A stretch of DNA of 64,000 bases from Promethearchaeia archaeon. Its GTDB lineage: Archaea > Asgardarchaeota > Lokiarchaeia > Sigyniarchaeales > SOKP01. Under the pieces are notes generated by a model. That model did no database searches and was not told where the DNA came from. It worked only from the letters and a program-made list of their open reading frames with translations. Position numbers and translations under genes: made by a program. The stretch lies in contig JAZGEW010000068.1 of assembly GCA_036478875.1 (NCBI GenBank), positions 4 to 64,003 on the forward strand, read 5' to 3'. Positions 1 through 7,913 of this stretch are shown one piece after another. How positions within the stretch are numbered: position 1 is the stretch's first letter; every line of letters begins with the position of its first letter.

Positions 1-6
1 AAGGAT

Positions 7-1407
7 TTGAGTAATTTGAGTGATTTAGAAGGATTGACCCGGAATTTAATAAAAAAGGGGTGTTCTGAACAACAGATTCTTGAAAGAATAGTACAAGAAT
101 ATCATGATTTTAAAGATATTGATAATTCATTAGCAATGAAATTTGCTAAAGCAATTTTTGAAGAATGTAGAAGAAGTGATATTAGATCTGTATCAGAGCT
201 TTTTGTAAAAGAATTACTTGATGTTAATAAGGCAAATGTCTCAATGGGAAAACAAGGTGTTGGTTGTAGAGGTGCAGGAGATTTTTTTGTCCATAAATTA
301 ATCACAGAATTAGCAGAAACGGAGTATAAAGCATTTTTATCACCAACTTCACTAGATGATGCAGGAGCAGTTCGTATGATAGATATTAAAGGTTTTAAAG
401 ATCACCCTTATGAAATTGAGGATTTAATTATTGTATCAAAAATGGAAGGCATTCACTCGCGTCTTAGCGATTTCCCATTTATATGTGGATTTCATGTAAC
501 TCGCGCTGCCTTAAGAGATTTATACGTTAAGGGTGCAAAACCTATTTCTATAATGATTGACACCCATCTAGGGGATGATGCAGATGTAGGCAAGTTATTT
601 GATTTCATAGCAGGTGTATCCGTAGTTTCTGATTTAGCTAAAGTGCCAATAACAGCGGGTTCAACTTTAAGGATTGGAGGCGATATGGTAATTGGGGAAA
701 GATTAGTAGGTGGAATAAGTGCAGTTGGAGTTTGCAATAAATTATTAGCGAGGAGAAATATTCAGAATGGAGATAAAATCTTGATGACTGAAGGTGCAGG
801 TGGTGGAACTATTACCACTACCGCTATTTATTCTGGAAGCCATGAAGTCGTCAAGGAAACGATGAATATTAAATTCTTAAAAGCTTGTGAAAAGATTTTA
901 AACTCAGATTACATTGATGAGATTAGAGCTATGTGTGATGTTACAAATGGAGGGTTAAGAGGAGATTTATATGAAATTAATTATGAAGCTAATTGTGGTG
1001 TTAATCTTTTTGAGGAAAAAGTAAGAAAACTAGTAAATCCAAATGTTTTAAACATGTTAGAAAATGTTGGAGTTGATTATTTAGGAGTTTCCTTAGATGC
1101 GCTATTAATATACTGTACTGAATCTGTATCAGAAAAAATTATTTCTGATCTTAAAAGAATTAATATAAAATGTGATGAAATAGGGTATGTAGATGATTCA
1201 AACAAAGTTTTTCTAACTTATAAAGGTCAAGAAAAAAAAGAGATACTTCCAAAATTTAGAGAATCTGCTTATACTAAGATAAAGCAAGAGGTAGGGGAAG
1301 AGACACCTGAAACTCTTGATCTAATGGAAAAAAACATAGAAAAGGCAGCTTTAGAAGCGTTAAAGAAGCGAAAGAAAATAATTAAATATATTAAAAATCA
1401 GAACTAG
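7..1407 (+). CDS. AIR synthase-related protein (PurM/ThiL/HypE superfamily), specific function unassigned
   Basis: 466-aa ORF. It has the PurM-superfamily 'LDDAGAV' motif and the Gly-rich 'TEGAGGGT' segment. TTG at 7 is the first start in frame, but the frame is open to the window edge, so the 5' end may be truncated. Confidence 0.6.
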   Translation: MSNLSDLEGLTRNLIKKGCSEQQILERIVQEYHDFKDIDNSLAMKFAKAIFEECRRSDIRSVSELFVKELLDVNKANVSMGKQGVGCRGAGDFFVHKLITELAETEYKAFLSPTSLDDAGAVRMIDIKGFKDHPYEIEDLIIVSKMEGIHSRLSDFPFICGFHVTRAALRDLYVKGAKPISIMIDTHLGDDADVGKLFDFIAGVSVVSDLAKVPITAGSTLRIGGDMVIGERLVGGISAVGVCNKLLARRNIQNGDKILMTEGAGGGTITTTAIYSGSHEVVKETMNIKFLKACEKILNSDYIDEIRAMCDVTNGGLRGDLYEINYEANCGVNLFEEKVRKLVNPNVLNMLENVGVDYLGVSLDALLIYCTESVSEKIISDLKRINIKCDEIGYVDDSNKVFLTYKGQEKKEILPKFRESAYTKIKQEVGEETPETLDLMEKNIEKAALEALKKRKKIIKYIKNQN

Positions 1408-1419
1408 AACTATTGAATA

Positions 1420-2244
1420 TTAATTAAAATCTAGAACTTCATTCATTGAGCCTGATCTGAAACCTTCAATATCAATCGTGACAAATGTAAAACCTAGTTC
1501 TTTCAATTTACTTTTAATTAATTCCATATTTTTCTCTGTTAAAATTCTAACTAAATCTTCAGACAAAAATTCGATTCGGGCAAGATTTTCTTCATGTAAT
1601 CTTACCCTTAATTGCTTTAATCCAAAGTTTTTCTTAAGAAATTTTTCAGCCTTTCTAATCATATTTAACTTTTTTTCATTTATAATTTGGCCATAGGGAA
1701 TTCGAGATGAAAAACAAGCCATTGATGGCTTAGATTGGACATCTAGTTTATAAAATTTACAAATTTCTCTTATTTCATTTTTATTTATATTGAGATCAAT
1801 ATAAGGGGTGGAAATTTTTAATTCTTTTAAAGCTTGCATTCCTGGTCTATAATCCAAAAGATCATCAGCATTTGAACCATCTAAAACAATATCAAAATTC
1901 TTAGAATTCTTAATTTCAAGAATCTCACGATATAAACCAGTCTTACAGATATAACATCGATTTTCAGGATTGCATTGAAAATCTTCATCTTTTAGAGGAT
2001 CTCTTTCAATTATCATATGAGGGATATCATTTATATTTGCAAATTTACTTGCTTCTTCAATTTCTTCCTCAGGATAAAGAATAGAACGTTCTGTTATAAG
2101 TAAAGTATCTTTTGCATATTTTCGTGAAAGGAAAGCTAAAAGGGAGCTATCTACACCTCCTGAAAAAGCAACTATTATTTTTTTATCATCCATGAATGTA
2201 ATTAAACCCTTTAATTTTTTTTCTAGAATATCAGATAAACCCAT
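1420..2244 (-). CDS. larE: LarE-like ATP-dependent sulfur transferase (PP-loop ATP pyrophosphatase)
   Basis: 274 aa. It has the PP-loop 'FSGGVDSS' and the LarE-type 'SMACFSSRIPYG' segment containing the conserved Cys. Confidence 0.7.
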   Translation of the reverse strand: MGLSDILEKKLKGLITFMDDKKIIVAFSGGVDSSLLAFLSRKYAKDTLLITERSILYPEEEIEEASKFANINDIPHMIIERDPLKDEDFQCNPENRCYICKTGLYREILEIKNSKNFDIVLDGSNADDLLDYRPGMQALKELKISTPYIDLNINKNEIREICKFYKLDVQSKPSMACFSSRIPYGQIINEKKLNMIRKAEKFLKKNFGLKQLRVRLHEENLARIEFLSEDLVRILTEKNMELIKSKLKELGFTFVTIDIEGFRSGSMNEVLDFN

Positions 2245-2366
2245 AATTATATCACATCTATTAAAAACAATATCTAATAAAATGAAATCTAAGTTTATAA
2301 CTTATTATTTTTTAATAATTAAAGAAATTTACAAATAATCTTATAAAAATAGGTTTTAAACAAAAG

Positions 2367-2377
2367 TTTTATATATA
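2367..2377 (+). promoter_or_regulatory. candidate archaeal TATA box (TTTTATATATA) for the small ORF at 2401
   Basis: The TATA-like element is centred about 29 nt upstream of the ATG at 2401 and is preceded by an A-rich BRE-like stretch. That spacing fits a leaderless or short-leader archaeal transcript. Confidence 0.3.
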
Positions 2378-2400
2378 CATAGAAGAATTGGATATCTATC

Positions 2401-2559
2401 ATGGAAAAAAATACTATAATTATAATCAGTGTTGTTGCAATGATAATATTCGTTGTGCTTTTGCTTTTTGTTATTTTACCATTAGCAGGTTTTCCCGTTA
2501 TTCCTGGTACCGAAGACCTTTATAACGGTGGCGATGGCGGTGGTGGTATTTTTGGATAA
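2401..2559 (+). CDS. small (52 aa) single-pass membrane protein with Gly-rich tail
   Basis: Manual translation gives MEKNTIIIISVVAMIIFVVLLLFVILPLAGFPVIPGTEDLYNGGDGGGGIFG. It falls below the ORF-track length cutoff. It has one clear TM helix and an upstream TATA-like box. Confidence 0.3.
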   Translation: MEKNTIIIISVVAMIIFVVLLLFVILPLAGFPVIPGTEDLYNGGDGGGGIFG

Positions 2560-2672
2560 TGAAAGGGAATCTTATTATTCATAGAACTAGGATCAAAAAT
2601 ATTCAAAATTTCAATATTTCAGTTCTGATATATCCTAATAACCTATTTATCTATTAGTAAAAATAAAAAAAA

Positions 2673-3452
2673 TTACCATTTAAAATCGGGATTGAAAAAG
2701 AGAAGTGAATTTAATTTTTGTAAAGTAATGAAAACTATTACATAATACCACGCAACAGAAGAAAACATCATAATCCATTCAAGAAACTGTCTTGTTAATG
2801 GTGCTGGAGATATTATATACAGTAAAGCAGCTGTTGATGGTCCTAAAATCATAAAATACCCAATAGTTTTAGGAAATATTCTTTTCCTTAATACTATAGC
2901 TAAACCCGTGAAAAATGCACCAATAGCAAATCCACCAAATGCTGATGTAGTGAAATAGAAATGTAAATCAAATGGAGAACGATCTAAACTAAAAACTCCA
3001 ATAAAAAACATACCTATGACCCCTACAAAAAGACTAGCTACACCAATATAACCAAATATTCTTCTAAATAGAATAATATAGTGTTCTTTCTTAGAATTAT
3101 CTAATTTATAATTTTGATGTGAACTATATAATCGACTTAAATTTAAAATTAAAGGAATTATGAAAATAGAACTTAAAATACACGTGAGATCTAAAATAAA
3201 GGGTGCAGGTGTATATCTAGTAGTGCCCAAATCACTTATAAAATTATACCAAATACTATACTCAAAGCCTCCAAATCTAATTGCTATTATTAATCCAAAG
3301 ATTAATCCAGGTAAAAAAGTAAGTAAACTAATGTAAATTGAAATTTTAACAATTTTAGGCTCTGTGAGCTTATCATAAATGTATTTACTGTTTCTTCTCA
3401 TTTTTAAAAGAATTGGATCTATAAATTCCCTATATGAACTTTTTTGGCCCAT
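2673..3452 (-). CDS. multi-pass integral membrane protein, unknown function
   Basis: 259 aa with about 6-7 hydrophobic helices. No catalytic motif was recognised. Confidence 0.5.
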   Translation of the reverse strand: MGQKSSYREFIDPILLKMRRNSKYIYDKLTEPKIVKISIYISLLTFLPGLIFGLIIAIRFGGFEYSIWYNFISDLGTTRYTPAPFILDLTCILSSIFIIPLILNLSRLYSSHQNYKLDNSKKEHYIILFRRIFGYIGVASLFVGVIGMFFIGVFSLDRSPFDLHFYFTTSAFGGFAIGAFFTGLAIVLRKRIFPKTIGYFMILGPSTAALLYIISPAPLTRQFLEWIMMFSSVAWYYVIVFITLQKLNSLLFFNPDFKW

Positions 3453-3768
3453 ATTATTTTACCCTTGTTATTAATTTATTAACATTACGTAAATATAAAA
3501 TTTATTCTACCCGGAAACTAAATTCAAATTATTCTTAACCCGTCTCCTTAAATATTAAATCAAATTACCTTTATTTAATAGTTGTGATTTCGTTAATTCT
3601 TCTATAGTTTCGTACACAAAATTTGCATATCATGTAATATTATATTTTAAATATAATTAATCTAAAATCAAATTTTTTATTATAAATCATAATAAAGCAT
3701 AATTGAGCCAAGAGATTGAAAAAAAATAACTTCATTCTTGTTAAAAAAATTGTAGACTTATCTGCTCT

Positions 3769-4128
3769 TTAGAACGATTGTAATTGCTCTTGTAAGCCGA
3801 ATAACATCATTACTTTTCCTTTTTCGACCGTTATCTGCTCGCGGCTGATTGCATGGGTAAAGTCTCCCTTGCCCTCACAGATCCTTATGATTGCATTATT
3901 ATCACCGGACATTATAATTATCGCGTTTACCAATGTTCCTTGGACGAGATTTGCTTTACGTTCTTTAATTACCACATAGAAAGGATCTTCATTATCCAAG
4001 TTAAACTGAAATGTCATTTCCCAGTCTACCGGTTTTCCCTCAATATCTGTTACGAATACTGCTTGCGCCTTCTTGAGGGTGTTCATCTTCTCAATAACTT
4101 TTCCTAAATTCTCGCTTGCAATTCCCAT
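3769..4128 (-). CDS. SCP2 (sterol-carrier-protein-2)-like lipid-binding domain protein
   Basis: 119 aa. The C-terminal pattern 'IIIMSGDNNAIIRICEGKGDFTHAISREQITVEKGKVMML' resembles the SCP2 fold signature. It lies 2 nt downstream of the DUF35 gene in the same operon. Confidence 0.5.
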   Translation of the reverse strand: MGIASENLGKVIEKMNTLKKAQAVFVTDIEGKPVDWEMTFQFNLDNEDPFYVVIKERKANLVQGTLVNAIIIMSGDNNAIIRICEGKGDFTHAISREQITVEKGKVMMLFGLQEQLQSF

Positions 4129-4130
4129 CT

Positions 4131-4625
4131 TTACACACCTCCTTCGTATTCTGGCTTGCTAATCCACCGTTCATACTCGCCTTCAGGAACAAAGAAAAAA
4201 TCAGTCATTTTTCCCTCTCTTTCCTTCTGAAATACGGCTCTAACTCGTTGACCCTTTTTGACTTTAGAGGGAACTAAATTTTCTGAAAAAATACCTTGAT
4301 TAAATGCTGTATGAGTCCCATCTAGTTTAATGAAGGCAATTCCATAAGGTACCACCTGTATAAAAGCTGAAGTGGTATACCAAACAATGGTGCTAACTTG
4401 TATCGTTCCTGTTTGCTTTATTTCAACCCAATCGGTATCTTCATAACAATCAGAGCAATTTATTCTCGGTGGCATCCAGACTTTTCCGCATTTTTTACAT
4501 TTGGTTCCTAAAATCTTTTTATTATTCATAAGTTCTATGAAAAATTTGCTTTGACCGCCCATAGTATACTTGTAATTTATTCCAATTTTATCTCTTATTT
4601 GGTGGTCTTGAAACTCTCCGCTCAT
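4131..4625 (-). CDS. DUF35 family OB-fold / zinc-ribbon protein (thiolase-associated)
   Basis: 164 aa with the rubredoxin-like knuckles 'CKKCGKVWMPPRINCSDC' followed by an OB-fold-like region. It overlaps the thiolase stop by 4 nt. Confidence 0.75.
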   Translation of the reverse strand: MSGEFQDHQIRDKIGINYKYTMGGQSKFFIELMNNKKILGTKCKKCGKVWMPPRINCSDCYEDTDWVEIKQTGTIQVSTIVWYTTSAFIQVVPYGIAFIKLDGTHTAFNQGIFSENLVPSKVKKGQRVRAVFQKEREGKMTDFFFVPEGEYERWISKPEYEGGV

Positions 4626-5845
4626 TTTTTCAACCCTTCACCGTTTGCCATTACAATAATAGCTGCATATGCAGCTCCTGGCCCTCCAATTGAATGAGCT
4701 AGGGCTCGACCATTTTCAGTCGTTTTCACTTGATGTTTTCCAGCATCCCCTCTTAATTGCAGAGCCGCTTCACCTGTCGACATAATTCCCGTAGCGCCTA
4801 CAGCGTGACCACATCCAATCAATCCTCCTGATGGATTGCAAGGTAATTCACCATCCATCATTGGACCTCCATCTTCTATCCATTTACCTCCTTCTCCAAA
4901 AGGAACAAATCCTAATTCTTCGTATGATATTACTTCTTGTCCAGAAAATGCATCGTGTAATTCTGCAAGATCTATTTGCTCTTTTATCTTATTATAATCA
5001 AGCCCTGCCATTTTATAAGCAGCTTTAGCAGCGTAAATATTAGAATATAATCTAGAAATGCTTTCCCGATTACCGATAAAGCAATCGGCATTTGCAGCAC
5101 CAATCCCTTTAATCCAAATAGGGTTTTCGATTTTTAATTCCTTAACTTTTTGTTCACTGGCTAAAATCAACGCTGCTGATGCTTCCGAATATAAACAACA
5201 ATCTAAAAGTTTAAATGGATAACAAATAATTCGCGAATTAATTACATCTTCTACTGTTATTTTCATTGGTGATTGAGCCTTTGGATTTAACATTGCATTT
5301 CCATGATTTTTTACAGATACTAAAGCCATTTGTTCTTCTGTTGGATTACCATATTCTTCGTAATGGGCATTTACCATAGTCACATAAGAACTAGCAGCCA
5401 TCATTCCCATTGGGTATTCATAGGTCATGTCAACAGAATAAGCAATTGCGTTTAAAACCGCTGGGGTTGTTGTACCGGTTAGTTCATCGTAACAATCATT
5501 ACATTTTTCTACGCCTATACAAAGGCTTAAGTCTGATAAGCCCGATGCTATTTCAGAATAGGCCATTCTAACAGTATATCCACCTGTAGCACCCCCGCTT
5601 GCTATCCTAGTCCCTGGTTTGTTATTAAGTCCGAGATAACTATTTATAAATATATCAGGCATGAATTGTCTTTCGAAAAGCTCGTTATAAATGCCATAAA
5701 CAGTTGATTCTATCTCATTATGAGTGATTCCAGCATCTTTAAGCGCTATATCTGCAGCATCGTAGGCCAATTCAAAATAAGTTTTATCTAAATACCTTGT
5801 TTTAAAGGGTGTAATTCCTACACCTATTATTGCTACTTTCCTCAA
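4622..5845 (-). CDS. thiolase (acetyl-CoA acetyltransferase / SCP-x-type thiolase family)
   Basis: 407 aa with a TTG start giving the typical N-terminus 'MRKVAIIGVG'. Thiolase-like 'GGATGG', 'CNPSGGL' and 'GHAVGATG' segments are present. Confidence 0.85.
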   Translation of the reverse strand: MRKVAIIGVGITPFKTRYLDKTYFELAYDAADIALKDAGITHNEIESTVYGIYNELFERQFMPDIFINSYLGLNNKPGTRIASGGATGGYTVRMAYSEIASGLSDLSLCIGVEKCNDCYDELTGTTTPAVLNAIAYSVDMTYEYPMGMMAASSYVTMVNAHYEEYGNPTEEQMALVSVKNHGNAMLNPKAQSPMKITVEDVINSRIICYPFKLLDCCLYSEASAALILASEQKVKELKIENPIWIKGIGAANADCFIGNRESISRLYSNIYAAKAAYKMAGLDYNKIKEQIDLAELHDAFSGQEVISYEELGFVPFGEGGKWIEDGGPMMDGELPCNPSGGLIGCGHAVGATGIMSTGEAALQLRGDAGKHQVKTTENGRALAHSIGGPGAAYAAIIVMANGEGLKK

Positions 5846-6139
5846 ATCTTTTTCACTTTATTAAAGGTTTTCTTAATTATTTTATCGATTATATATAAAA
5901 ATTAAAAATGCATTATTTTACAGACTCCTGTCTTTTTAAGAGAATCCTGGCATGTTTTTACTATTAAATTAAGAGGATCAAGAGGCTTATCCACATCTTT
6001 TCAATGTATATTTGAGCTGCTCCTATAATAACGAGAGTATTAATAACCATTTTAACCATCTTAAATATTTCTTATCTTAAAATGCTATTGGAAACTTAAA
6101 ACTAAAAATAATACTGGGCATCACAATGCAAAGACCTAA

Positions 6140-6175
6140 ATACTATGTATAATATAGTATTCATAGAATACTATA
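6140..6175 (+). promoter_or_regulatory. candidate PadR operator: three ATACTAT/ATAGTAT half-sites spaced by 7 nt, including a 10-3-10 perfect palindrome
   Basis: ATACTAT(6140-6146) N7 ATAGTAT(6154-6160) N7 ATACTAT(6168-6174). TATAGTATTC ata GAATACTATA (6153-6175) is a perfect inverted repeat about 30 nt upstream of the padR ATG. Confidence 0.35.
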
Positions 6176-6203
6176 TTTAATAAAAAATTACGAAAATGAA
6201 CTT

Positions 6204-6761
6204 ATGGAGTTAAAAAATATGATAAAACGTGTTAAAGAATTAGATCCAAATGCATTAATAGCATCAAAAGAGTTCAGAGATTATGTAGAGAAGCAAGAAA
6301 CTGAGATTAATCGGGGTATAAGTGTTCTTTGTATCTTATCAATACTTACACAAGCAGGTGAAGAAGGTTTGCATGGGTATAAAATCTTAAAAGATTTAAC
6401 AGTTCAAACAAATGAGATGTTAGTTATTGAAGAAGGCACAATTTATCCCATTTTGAGAAAATTAGAAGATGAAAATATAATAAAATCTAAAAAAGAAGAA
6501 TCAGGACGAAAGAGAAAGTTTTATAGTGTTAATGTGTATGGGAAAAAGATATTTAATCACCTTGCGGGTTATTACAGTAAACTAACGGAAGCTATTGCAC
6601 CACTATTTGACGTAAATGTTAACTTAAAATCAGAAAAATATTTATTTTGCCCAATGTGTGCTAATAAAATTGACCTTATAAATGTAGAACTTCGTTTTTG
6701 TGATGTATGCGGTCATAATATAGAAAAAGAATTAAAAGAAAGAGGTTTAAAGAATGAGTGA
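6204..6761 (+). CDS. padR: PadR-family winged-helix transcriptional regulator with C-terminal zinc ribbon
   Basis: The PadR signature is 'LHGYKILKDL...EGTIYPILRKLEDENIIKS...RKFYSVN'. The C-terminal zinc ribbon is 'CPMCANK...CDVCGHN'. Confidence 0.8.
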   Translation: MELKNMIKRVKELDPNALIASKEFRDYVEKQETEINRGISVLCILSILTQAGEEGLHGYKILKDLTVQTNEMLVIEEGTIYPILRKLEDENIIKSKKEESGRKRKFYSVNVYGKKIFNHLAGYYSKLTEAIAPLFDVNVNLKSEKYLFCPMCANKIDLINVELRFCDVCGHNIEKELKERGLKNE

Positions 6762-7809
6762 AAAAGATATGCAGAATATAATAAAGGAATACTTGAAAGA
6801 AGTAAAATCAAAATTACCTGAATGGTTGAAAGATAAAAAAGAGCATAAGGAAATCTTGGCAGAACTTGAGGAACATATTTGGAGTAAGGCAGAAGAATTA
6901 TCAGGAATGGGGCAACCAACAATACAATCTGTACAGATGGCGATTACTCATATGGGAAAACCAGGGAGTATTGCCAGAGAATACAAGCGACGAGGAACCC
7001 CAAAATTTTATATCACCAAAGAAATGTGGCCATCTTATTTAAAAGTATTAGGAATTGTATTTGCTGTGATAATCGGAATTAGCATCGTTTCACAAGTGAT
7101 AGACTTCGTTTTTGGGAATGTTAATGTAGGTGAATTCATCGGAAATATAATTACAGGTATACAGATTGGATGCCTTTCAACCTTTGCTGTAATCACTATA
7201 ATTTTTGTAGCCTTATCAATGGAGGGTTATTTTCCCGAAGATTTTAAATCTAAGAAAATACGTGAGGAGGAAAAACAGCAACTTGAGATTGCTAGAGAAA
7301 AAGGAATTCCGATTTCAGAAATAAAGAAAAAGCCATTAAAGCCATATATAAAACCAGTAGGAGAAATCATTGGTGGATTCATAGCAATTATAGGTGGGAT
7401 TTTTTTAATAATATTACCCATTCCAGCCATAACAAACTTAGTTGATCCTGAATTTCTTTTATACATTCAATTCGCTGGTGTTTTCATCTTAATTGAAGGA
7501 ATCTTAGATTTGAACCGGGGATTAATAGGAAATAGGCAGATGCTAACTCATCAGATTATTCATGGGATTACGATAGTTGTAAAATTAGCTTCAATATCAG
7601 TAGTAATCTTGATGATGAGTAGACCCGAAATATTCCCAATCTTACTCGTTAATGACCCTACAGAAGCTCTTATCAATATAGGAATTGCTCCAGAATATTA
7701 TACTCTTTTTAGAGGAATTGCGGCTTTGATAATTGCCTTAGTAGCACTTAGTACGATTGAGGACTTCTACAGAATCTATAAAGCTGAAAGATACAAATCC
7801 AAATATTAA
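6754..7809 (+). CDS. HAAS/DUF1700-type membrane protein (PadR-associated sensor-like)
   Basis: It overlaps padR by 8 nt. The N-terminal 'IKEYLKEVKSKLPEWLKDKKEHKEILAELEEHIWSKAEE' is typical of DUF1700/HAAS, and about 6 TM helices follow. Confidence 0.6.
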   Translation: MSEKDMQNIIKEYLKEVKSKLPEWLKDKKEHKEILAELEEHIWSKAEELSGMGQPTIQSVQMAITHMGKPGSIAREYKRRGTPKFYITKEMWPSYLKVLGIVFAVIIGISIVSQVIDFVFGNVNVGEFIGNIITGIQIGCLSTFAVITIIFVALSMEGYFPEDFKSKKIREEEKQQLEIAREKGIPISEIKKKPLKPYIKPVGEIIGGFIAIIGGIFLIILPIPAITNLVDPEFLLYIQFAGVFILIEGILDLNRGLIGNRQMLTHQIIHGITIVVKLASISVVILMMSRPEIFPILLVNDPTEALINIGIAPEYYTLFRGIAALIIALVALSTIEDFYRIYKAERYKSKY

Positions 7810-7913
7810 AATTAAAACTTTTTTTTTATTTATTTCTTAAGAGAATATTTTTTATTCGTGGTTGGGTGTTAAATTCAATAAATTAAAAAAAAATAGATTA
7901 GAATTAAAACAGA

